NCBI GenBank assembly: GCA_942493095.1
Contig: OW818675.1
Location: 2,760,001 to 2,792,000, forward strand
DNA from: Candidatus Electronema halotolerans
Lineage (GTDB): Bacteria > Desulfobacterota > Desulfobulbia > Desulfobulbales > Desulfobulbaceae
Reading direction: 5' to 3'
DNA length: 32,000 bases
In this document: piece by piece, positions 9,629 to 17,320 of the stretch
Numbering within the stretch: position 1 is the first letter of the stretch
Layout: each line of letters opens with the position of its first letter
The notes under the pieces: generated by a model
Databases searched by the model: none
What the model was told of the DNA's origin: nothing
Seen by the model: only the letters and a program-made list of their open reading frames with translations
Made by a program: the position numbers and the translations under genes

Positions 9629-10362
9629 TGCTGATGATTGATCGCCGCTTCCTTGACAAATATCCGGCTGGCCGCAATTCCGGCCTCATACAGTCCGAAA
9701 AGCGGCAAGGCTAAAAGCACGGTGGCGGTGATGTCGCCTGCGGCCAAGAGAAAGGAAAGCCCGATGATAGCTATGTAAAAATATTTGCGTTTGCTTTGAA
9801 AATGGTTGCGCTGCACCAGCCCGGCGGCAGCGGCCATGACCATGAGAAAGGGAATTTCAAAGGCCACAGCAAAGGCCAGCACCATGCGGGCGACAAAGGT
9901 CAGGTAGAGGCCGAGCTTGGGCATGGGCTGAAGGTTGCCGTCTGCATAGCTCATGAAAAACGCCAAGGTTCGCGGCAGGACTATGAAAAAGGCAAAGAGT
10001 GCGCCTGCGGTGAACAGTCCTGTGGCCCAGAAAATAATCCGCCGGGCCAGCCGCCGCTCCTTTGCCAGCAGTCCGGGACTGATGAACATCCATGCCTGAT
10101 AGAGGAGCACAGGAAAGCTGGCAATGATTCCAGCCAGCAAGGCCAGCTTGATGTAGGAAATAAAGGCATCAGTCAGCTTGGTGTAAACCAATTTCTCCAA
10201 CTGTGGCGCGGCAATGCGGAGCGGCTCAATGCAGAAGGCGGCAATTTGGTCAATGAAGAGCCATGCCAGCCCGGAGCAGATTGCCACAGCAGCAATAGAA
10301 ATGAGCAGTCTGCGGCGCAGCTCTTCATGATGCGGGCGGAACTGCTCCAAATAGGAAATCAT
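9625..10362 (-). CDS. tatC: Sec-independent protein translocase TatC
   Basis: HHEELRRRLLISIAAVAICSG...FISYIKLALLAGIIASFPVLLYQAWMFISPGLLAKERRLARRIIFWATGLFTAGALFAFFIVLP...FEIPFLMV. Confidence 0.95.
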   Translation of the reverse strand: MISYLEQFRPHHEELRRRLLISIAAVAICSGLAWLFIDQIAAFCIEPLRIAAPQLEKLVYTKLTDAFISYIKLALLAGIIASFPVLLYQAWMFISPGLLAKERRLARRIIFWATGLFTAGALFAFFIVLPRTLAFFMSYADGNLQPMPKLGLYLTFVARMVLAFAVAFEIPFLMVMAAAAGLVQRNHFQSKRKYFYIAIIGLSFLLAAGDITATVLLALPLFGLYEAGIAASRIFVKEAAINHQQ

Positions 10363-10374
10363 AATGCTTGCTGC

Positions 10375-11472
10375 TTACAGTGCGTTCAGTATGTTCCGGT
10401 CAAGCTGGAATGTATTTTCAGCAGTCTTTACTACTTTCAACTCATGCAGTTTTATCAAATCTCTTCTCGCCGTCTGATAGCTTACAGCGGCATAAAGCGT
10501 CCTGTAAGGCAGTTCGTTCTGAATGCTGTTGATAGTCACAGAGTCACTTGTCGGAGATTGAAGCAGCAGAGCCAGCAGCTCCTGCTGCCTTGCATTGATT
10601 TTTCCAGAAATTCGTAAGGACTGAAAATAATTTGTGAGAGCTGATGTGCGGATATACGAAGTTATCCTGCCTTTGACCTCGTGCAGCGAATCAACTGCTC
10701 CTTTGAGCACGAATTGCACAAACGGAGTCATATCATGTTCCTTGCTCTTGCTGCATTGCGAAAAAGCAGTGAAATAACCGTCTATCTCTCTGTAGTAGTA
10801 GTTTGACAGCATGGTCGGCAGATATTTAACTCCTGCTGATCGTAATATCGCAGCCTCAATGAGTCGTGCGGTTCTGCCGTTGCCGTCTCCAAAAGGATGA
10901 ATTAAGGCCAGATGATAGTGCGCCAAAGCTGCTCTGATGATTGGCGGCAGGTTCTGGATGCAGTCGGCGTTGAACCATGCGATGTACTCCGCCATCAAGG
11001 TCTCAATATCTTTGAGACACTTGGGCGGCGTGGCTGTCCCGCCGTGCTGCCTGTCGCCCACTTTGACAATATGATTACGGTAGTATCCGGGAACGCATGA
11101 ATCATAACAGAGCCTGTCCGTAATAATCTGATGAATTTTTTTGATAAAATTTTCAGACAGGTCAAATTTTTCTTCAGTTGCTATATCAGTTATTACCTTG
11201 TATGCTTTTTGAAGATTTTTAATCTCAATCTTTTTTTCTTCTTTGTATTTTTGTCCTATCTGGCTGGAAATTATCTCGGCAACTTCATCTTCTTGCAGAG
11301 GATTTCCCTCAATGGCGGCGGTGCTGAAAATAGACCTGCGGGTCAGTTCCTGCTCAAAGTCCTGAGCTTGCTCAGGAAGGATTGGCAATTCTTTAAGCGA
11401 GCTGCACAGCAGACGAAACTCTATTTCAATGGATTGTATTTTTGACTGAGAATAGTTATGACTGAAGGGAAA
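10375..11472 (-). pseudogene. Fic/DOC-family protein, large 3' part, split by an IS near codon 15 (the chimeric ORF continues to 11559 using IS sequence)
   Basis: Fic core motif HPFGDGNGRTAR and upstream inhibitory-type motif IFSTAAIEGNPL. Track ORF 10375..11559 starts at a TTG inside the IS, and the first in-frame Met is deep in the protein. See the matching 5' fragment 12844..12887. Confidence 0.8.
11468..11472. repeat. Target-site duplication, left copy (GGAAA)
   Basis: GGAAA directly abuts the left terminal IR and is identical to 12844-12848. Confidence 0.8.
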
Positions 11473-12843
11473 CAATGGTTCGGTAATTTTTTTCAGCGCG
11501 TGAGGCGCAACGATGTTCAAAATCGACCATGCTGAATAAAAGACTTGAATAAAACTCAATAGTATTGTTTACTTGCTTTTCTGCTGTCCGGGAAATTTCT
11601 TGTGAATCATCACCGGAGGCGCAGAGCGATGGAGCAAAAAATCAGAAGTATTTTAAACGGTGCAGAGGCGCTCAAGGCCATCAGGAAAAACGCCTTGATC
11701 CATATTTTAACTCTCTTTGTCGCTTTGCCGGGCCGTGTCAATTTTCTTGCAATGGCCCGCCACGGTCGTTTCTCCGAGAAGACATATCGAAACCATTTCG
11801 AGAAAAAGTTTGATTTTTTCAAATTCAACAAGCAGCTTGCGAAGCAGTTTTGTTCTCCTTACCGAATTATCGTGGGAGACTGCTCTTTCATTCCGAAGGC
11901 GGGGAAAAAAACTCCTCATATCTCCAAATTTTGGAACGGATGCGCTTCCAAGGCGATGCCGGGACTCGAAATCAGCTCTCTCGCAGTTGTTGATGTTGAC
12001 GCGAACAGGGCTGTTCATCTTGAATGCGAACAGACTCCGGGAAATTTTCCCGACAGTGAAAGTCGAATCAATTTCTATGTCGATCAAGTGATCAGGCATG
12101 CTGATGATCTCAAAGAACTCGCCGATCACTTTGTCTATGACGGCGCTGCCGCGAAGAAAAAGTTTGCCGATGCCATCGTTGAGCACACTGAATTGCACCT
12201 CGTCAGCAAACTTCGTCGAGATGCGAACTTACGGTATTTATACACCGGGCAGAGGAGGCTTGGGCCGGGCAGGCCAAAGCAATATGATGGAAAAATCCTA
12301 TGGGAAAACCTTGAACGCGACCGGTTTGGCATTTGTCATGAAGACGATGAAATTATTATATATACAGCTGTCGTCAACAGTGTGTCGCTGAAGCGTGACA
12401 TCCGTATTGCTTATGTCAGCAGGAAAGGTTCCGACAGTTATACCATTCTTTTCTCAACTGATGTGAACCTCGACGGATTGATGATTTATAAATATTACAA
12501 GGCCCGCTTTCAGATAGAATTTCTTTTTCGGGACGCGAAGCAATATACCGGCCTCACGCATTGTCAGGCACGGAGTGAAAATAAGCTGCATTTTCACTTC
12601 AACTGCTCGTTGACCGCCGTATCAGTTGCAAAAGCCGATTTCTTCGACAAAGTTGAAAATCAGGGCGAGCCATTTTCGATGAGAAAGGTAACTGAATATT
12701 ATTCCTGCAAATTATTCCTCGATAGGATTTTATCCAAGTTGGATATCAAGCTGACTTCTGATAAATTCGACTTCGATTATGAAGAACTGCTGCATACTGC
12801 GGGTGCGCTCACATAATCATGAATGAAATTTACCGAACCATTG
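11473..12843 (+). mobile_element. Insertion sequence, 1371 bp, IS4-superfamily-like (IS4/ISH3/IS1634-type DDE)
   Basis: Terminal inverted repeats CAATGGTTCGGTAA at 11473-11486 and its complement TTACCGAACCATTG at 12830-12843, 14/14 identical and 17/18 when extended. Flanked by GGAAA direct repeats and containing one DDE transposase. Confidence 0.88.
11629..12816 (+). CDS. DDE transposase of the IS4 superfamily (ORF open from GTG 11602; ATG 11629 is preceded by GGAGG)
   Basis: Y(2)R(3)E(6)K signature in YKARFQIEFLFRDAK. Also VGDCSFIPKAGKK (first D) and HFVYDGAAAKKKFADAI...HLVSKLRRDANLRY (second D region). SD-like GGAGG at 11614-11618. Confidence 0.9.
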   Translation: MEQKIRSILNGAEALKAIRKNALIHILTLFVALPGRVNFLAMARHGRFSEKTYRNHFEKKFDFFKFNKQLAKQFCSPYRIIVGDCSFIPKAGKKTPHISKFWNGCASKAMPGLEISSLAVVDVDANRAVHLECEQTPGNFPDSESRINFYVDQVIRHADDLKELADHFVYDGAAAKKKFADAIVEHTELHLVSKLRRDANLRYLYTGQRRLGPGRPKQYDGKILWENLERDRFGICHEDDEIIIYTAVVNSVSLKRDIRIAYVSRKGSDSYTILFSTDVNLDGLMIYKYYKARFQIEFLFRDAKQYTGLTHCQARSENKLHFHFNCSLTAVSVAKADFFDKVENQGEPFSMRKVTEYYSCKLFLDRILSKLDIKLTSDKFDFDYEELLHTAGALT

Positions 12844-12887
12844 GGAAAATTACCGGATTTGAAAGTCAAAACTTTCTTTACTTGCAT
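12844..12887 (-). pseudogene. 5' fragment of the split fic gene (first 14 codons + 2 nt)
   Basis: Minus strand ATG CAA GTA AAG AAA GTT TTG ACT TTC AAA TCC GGT AAT TTT CC. After excising the IS and one GGAAA copy it joins at 11467 as ...NFPFSHNYSQSK..., in frame with the Fic ORF. Confidence 0.75.
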
Positions 12888-12927
12888 AAAATTATTCTAA
12901 AAGCAGAATTTGAAAAAATAAATGTAT

Positions 12928-14427
12928 TCAAAACAAACTAAGCTGCTTTGGCGAGCAGTTTTTGAATAAAAAATCATACTTTTTCTCTTCCCCTAAGTAC
13001 TTTGCAAGATTTTTAAGACTTATCCTGTTTAACATCGCCACTGTAGCCGGTCTTTTGCTGTCTTTAAAAGATATGGAGTCAATAAAATTTGCGGCCATAT
13101 CAGATGAAAGCAATCTGCAAACAAAATCTGCCTGTTCTTTACAATCAAAGCTCATCATGCAGCAGGTATCGTCTAACACTACCGGCTTTCCTTGAAAAGG
13201 GCCAATCAACTTGAAATTAATATTTTTATACAGGCCAGACACAGCAACTTTCCAATGTTTGAAGCTGTAATCTCCGACTCCGAATATTGAAAATTTTGGA
13301 GATTTTTTGTAAATAGAACTTTTTCTCGAATTAAGTTTATCTTCATATTTCTGTAAATATGCCCATGTTTTAGGAGAACAAATTTTGATCGAATCAGTTT
13401 CATCACCGATCTTTTTCTGTGTCACCAGCATGTATGTCACTGGTTTTTTCAATATATGATGTGCAAGGTGCGAACTTTTATACATTGGATAAAGATAGTC
13501 TCTCGAAATATCGACATCCTCCTGAAAACCGTTCATCAGCCTGCCATCCTTCAGCTTAAACTCCATTACTTTTGCGCAGTCATGCTTGATGCCAGACCTC
13601 CAAGGAAACTCTGAACCTGCATCAATATCTCGGAGCGAATTATACGTATTGATATCCGCAATCAATTTGCCAGCAGCATATCCCATAGTTTTCACAGGAC
13701 ATCGGGCCGACAAAGAATCATATATTGAACAAAAGTATTCTGTTGAAGCTGTATGAGTGCCCTCCGCGCAAAACAGACAGGCATCAACACTCACATCAAA
13801 ATATTTCCTTGCGTCAATAGGGCATATCTCAACGTTTTTTATTAACATTTTATTGCTGCATATATAAGCGAAAACTTTCCTTGCAACAGATGTTTTTATA
13901 ATAAAAGACATAGCTGCTTCTTTTCCAGAAATGTATTCTGCTACTTTTATCAGCATCCATTCTGAAACGTCAAAATTGCTTTTTCCAGTGATTGCTTCAA
14001 TTCCTGAATAATTTTGAAAATTTTCCTTTTTAGGCAGGTTTGTGCTGCCGATTTTTCCTGATTCAGAGTTGGTAAACCAAGGAGGATTTCCTATAAACAG
14101 CACAAATTTTTTTATATCTTCTGGTAAAGATGCCCAATTAATTGAAAAAAAATCTTTTTTTTCAATATGTAATTTTGTTGATCTATTTTCAGGAAGAATA
14201 GACTTTGATAAATTTATATATTCTTGGTTGATTTCCCATCCATATACAGATACAAGATTCTTTTTCGCTTTTATAGCTGCTCTGATAAAACTGCCCTTTC
14301 CGCAGGTAGGTTCGACTACAGACCGTATATAGGAATATTTTTCAAATACCGACCGCGCCACCTGTTCAGCCAGTCCAAGCGGTGTTTGAAAATCGCCAAA
14401 TTCCTTTTTTTGCAAAGTTGCTGCCAT
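12928..14427 (-). CDS. N6-adenine DNA methyltransferase (type II-like)
   Basis: SAM motif region SVVEPTCGKGSFIRAAI and catalytic motif VLFIGNPPWF, followed by a long C-terminal, probably target-recognition, region. Confidence 0.88.
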   Translation of the reverse strand: MAATLQKKEFGDFQTPLGLAEQVARSVFEKYSYIRSVVEPTCGKGSFIRAAIKAKKNLVSVYGWEINQEYINLSKSILPENRSTKLHIEKKDFFSINWASLPEDIKKFVLFIGNPPWFTNSESGKIGSTNLPKKENFQNYSGIEAITGKSNFDVSEWMLIKVAEYISGKEAAMSFIIKTSVARKVFAYICSNKMLIKNVEICPIDARKYFDVSVDACLFCAEGTHTASTEYFCSIYDSLSARCPVKTMGYAAGKLIADINTYNSLRDIDAGSEFPWRSGIKHDCAKVMEFKLKDGRLMNGFQEDVDISRDYLYPMYKSSHLAHHILKKPVTYMLVTQKKIGDETDSIKICSPKTWAYLQKYEDKLNSRKSSIYKKSPKFSIFGVGDYSFKHWKVAVSGLYKNINFKLIGPFQGKPVVLDDTCCMMSFDCKEQADFVCRLLSSDMAANFIDSISFKDSKRPATVAMLNRISLKNLAKYLGEEKKYDFLFKNCSPKQLSLF

Positions 14428-14433
14428 GACACA

Positions 14434-15087
14434 CTATCGCACTCTTGTGATGCCAGATACTTCATCAGCTTTTTCAATAACTCTGGCATACTGGAGTCGC
14501 CATTGCAGAGCATTTGATATTGTGAGATATCCGATTTTTGGAACGCTGTTCAGCAATTCCTCAGCTATACAGGCGGCTTCGATTTCATCGACAGGCAGCA
14601 TTCTCTCTGAGAAAAATGCAAGAAGGTCATCTTTATTTCCTTCATTTTCAATAATTTTAACTATGCCTAATGTCGTCTGAAAGTCAGCTGTTCTTTCTGC
14701 GCTGACGAATATCGTATGAATGATATCAAGTTTGCCAGTACGTGATGTATCGTCGTCGGTTTTGTCATATACAAACACCAACAAGGAATATCCAAGACCG
14801 AATATTTTTTGCCTTGCAGATTTAAACGGACAAGATGACTGAGGCTGTCTGCTGCTTGTAACCTTTATATCGACAAGCAGTTCTGGGAAATCAATTCCTT
14901 TTGCTGAATTTCCTTTGATATAAAAATACTTTTCATTAAGATAAGCCTGAAACTTATGCTCCAGATATGTGCCAACGGCCTTTCCGTCAGTTACGCCAAA
15001 AAGAGAGGCTTCTTTATGGATTGACCCCATCTCTGAAAATTTTTCGGCTTCTGAACGTAGAAGATCAATTGTAAGTTTTTTCTTCAA
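14434..15087 (-). CDS. Putative type II restriction endonuclease, PD-(D/E)XK-like
   Basis: Immediately upstream of the methylase on the same strand. Contains GTYLEHKFQAYLNEKY...GNSAKGIDFPELLVDIKVTSSRQPQSSCPFKSARQKIFGLGYSLLVFVYDKTDD, a candidate E...D...DIK active site. Confidence 0.7.
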   Translation of the reverse strand: MKKKLTIDLLRSEAEKFSEMGSIHKEASLFGVTDGKAVGTYLEHKFQAYLNEKYFYIKGNSAKGIDFPELLVDIKVTSSRQPQSSCPFKSARQKIFGLGYSLLVFVYDKTDDDTSRTGKLDIIHTIFVSAERTADFQTTLGIVKIIENEGNKDDLLAFFSERMLPVDEIEAACIAEELLNSVPKIGYLTISNALQWRLQYARVIEKADEVSGITRVR

Positions 15088-15121
15088 ACATCTCTCCTTT
15101 TGTATTTATTTCTGTATAATT

Positions 15122-15364
15122 TTATTTTTTAATCTGTTTTTGCAGAACAGCACTCAGAAATATAACACATGCAACACCGGCCATAATTCCCAATCCTCCA
15201 ACACTTTTCCTAGCAATATTGTTCAAAATAACAGGCAATCCAGCCATTGGCACAACCGAAATCAGCAGGCCGACAACTGCCCATTTAAATTTTGACATAT
15301 TCTCCTTTTTAGCTTTGCAATAGAAAGATGCAACAGCAAATATTATAAACAGTATTGTTATCAT
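15122..15364 (-). CDS. Small (80 aa) putative membrane protein
   Basis: Intact ATG-start ORF with hydrophobic segments ITILFIIFAVASFYC, WAVVGLLISVVPMAGLPVIL and GLGIMAGVACVIFLSAVL. Co-directional with the RM genes. Confidence 0.55.
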   Translation of the reverse strand: MITILFIIFAVASFYCKAKKENMSKFKWAVVGLLISVVPMAGLPVILNNIARKSVGGLGIMAGVACVIFLSAVLQKQIKK

Positions 15365-15391
15365 TTCATTTCCTTGTTTGGCCTTATTGCA

Positions 15392-15862
15392 TCATTGTTC
15401 AGAGAGCGCAGAAACAGCAGGATTTCTCCCAATCACCCGCTCTTCCGCCGGGCCTGCCGCATCTTTTGCTTCCACGGCCATACTTGACTCCGCCACCTTT
15501 TTCTCCTGCTTCCGCCGGATTGTCGCTGCATCCTCCTCCCACGAACGGGGACTGTCATCCTCAGCCAAATCCGCCTCCATCTCAATCACCGCGTCCTCAT
15601 CGACTGACTGGTGCGGCCCGCCAAGTTTCTCCTCCAGCAGCTTGTCCTTCATCTGCACCGCAGTCTGGCGCAGATCATCCTTGACTGAACGGATATCCTT
15701 GGTCTCCTCGCTCAAACTTTCCTTGATCTGATTCATAGCTCCACGCAACTCGTTGACTCCTTTGGCTAAAGAGCGGGCCAGCTCCGGCAGTTTGTCCGGC
15801 CCGACCGCAAGCAGAGCCACAACCAGAATGACGATCATTTCAGGAAAGCCTATGCCGAACAT
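15392..15862 (-). CDS. tatB: Twin-arginine translocase subunit TatB
   Basis: MFGIGFPEMIVILVVALLAVGPDKLPELARSLAKGVNELRGAMNQIKESL: single N-terminal TM with GP hinge, amphipathic helix, long acidic tail. Confidence 0.9.
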   Translation of the reverse strand: MFGIGFPEMIVILVVALLAVGPDKLPELARSLAKGVNELRGAMNQIKESLSEETKDIRSVKDDLRQTAVQMKDKLLEEKLGGPHQSVDEDAVIEMEADLAEDDSPRSWEEDAATIRRKQEKKVAESSMAVEAKDAAGPAEERVIGRNPAVSALSEQ

Positions 15863-16053
15863 AGCATTTTGCCTCGTTAAAGGATGGAAAGAGATGGCTG
15901 GATGGCAAAATGTACGTCATTTGCCCCAGCCTGTCAAGCCAAGCCGCAGGCATTCCCTGCCTCCGGCGATTTAGGCGTTGACAGGCGGTGGCCAAATGCG
16001 GCAAGATGAATTTTTCGTATGCCATCCGTTCCTTCCTGCAAGAGAAAAAGATC

Positions 16054-17163
16054 ATGTTCTCCTTTCTTTCCGAGGTGCTGCTGGCCTCGTGGCAGCTCCT
16101 CAACCAGTCCGCCTTCTACATCCTCTTTGGCCTGTTGGTCGGCGGCCTGCTCAAGACTTTTCTCTCACCCGCCTATGTGGCCGCGCATCTGGGCAAAGGC
16201 CGTTTCAGCTCAGTGTTCAAGGCGGCCCTGCTCGGCATCCCGATTCCGCTCTGCTCCTGCGGGGTGCTGCCTGCGGCAACGGCCTTGAAAAAACAAGGGG
16301 CAAACAGGGGCGCGGTCATGGCTTTTCTCATTTCCACCCCGGAATCCGGGATTGACTCCATTTCCATGACGTGGGCCTTGCTTGATCCGATCATGACCGT
16401 GGCCCGGCCCATTTCCGCCTTTATTTCCGCGACCGTGGCCGGACTGCTGGAAAATCTCATTTCCTTCCCCTCTGCCGCCGCGCCAAAGCCGCTGGGCCTG
16501 TCCTTGCCAATGGCCGCCCCGGCCCCTGCGCCGCAAGGTTTTGCCGACAAGCTGAAAGCAGGTGTCCAGTACATGATCAACGATCTCTGGCCGGACATTG
16601 CAGGCTGGTTTTTCATTGGCATTCTTGCAGGCGGAGTGATCACCGCCTTGGTCCCAGACCAAGTTTTCCCAACATGGCTGGGCGGCGGCCTCTCCTCCAT
16701 GCTCCTGATGCTGGCAGTTGGCATTCCGCTCTACATCTGCGCTTCCGCCTCAACCCCGATTGCGGCGGCCTTCATCCTCAAAGGAGTCAGCCCTGGCACT
16801 GCCTTGGTCTTCCTGCTCGCCGGGCCAGCCACCAATGTCACCTCGCTGACCGTGCTGATCAGCATTCTCGGCAAACGGGCAACTGCTTTGCATCTGCTTT
16901 CCATTGCCACGGTCAGCGTGCTCTGCGGCCTGGCTGTGGATGCAATCTATCTTTCCTTTGGCATCAAGGCCGCAGCAATGGCAGGCAAACACGGCGGGAT
17001 GCTGCCGCAATGGCTGATGCTGGCAGCAGTTGTTGTCCTGCTCGCCCTGTCTGTGCGTCCGCTGACAAAGACGGTCAAAGGCTGGTTGAAAGATGGCGGG
17101 CATGACCATTCCTGCTGCGAAACAGAAAAAGAGCACTGCTGCCACAATCACAAGGAGAGCTGA
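16054..17163 (+). CDS. SO_0444-like Cu/Zn efflux permease (DUF318-type permease); ORF open from 15988
   Basis: IPIPLCSCGVLPAATALKKQGANRGAVMAFLISTPESGIDSI...YICASASTPIAAAFILKGVSPGTALVFLLAGPATN. C-terminal Cys/His-rich tail GHDHSCCETEKEHCCHNHKES. Confidence 0.85.
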   Translation: MFSFLSEVLLASWQLLNQSAFYILFGLLVGGLLKTFLSPAYVAAHLGKGRFSSVFKAALLGIPIPLCSCGVLPAATALKKQGANRGAVMAFLISTPESGIDSISMTWALLDPIMTVARPISAFISATVAGLLENLISFPSAAAPKPLGLSLPMAAPAPAPQGFADKLKAGVQYMINDLWPDIAGWFFIGILAGGVITALVPDQVFPTWLGGGLSSMLLMLAVGIPLYICASASTPIAAAFILKGVSPGTALVFLLAGPATNVTSLTVLISILGKRATALHLLSIATVSVLCGLAVDAIYLSFGIKAAAMAGKHGGMLPQWLMLAAVVVLLALSVRPLTKTVKGWLKDGGHDHSCCETEKEHCCHNHKES

Positions 17164-17320
17164 GGTCAAGGTGGGCGGGCTTTCCAAGCACCTCAAGAGA
17201 CGGGCAGAAGCACTGCCGCGTTTGCTGGCCCCTGCTTTTTGCCGCTTGATTTATCTGAGCAGAAATGTACAATTTTCCGCAGTCAGCAGTCCTTCTCCTG
17301 AACTTCGATGACCAGCCGAC

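Noticed and set aside
11707-12198. 163-aa - strand ORF inside the IS
   Set aside because: Antisense to the transposase. No passenger-gene features were seen.
10363-15391. Considered calling the block an integrative element
   Set aside because: There is no integrase, tRNA target or flanking direct repeats visible. Only the internal IS has demonstrable mobile ends.
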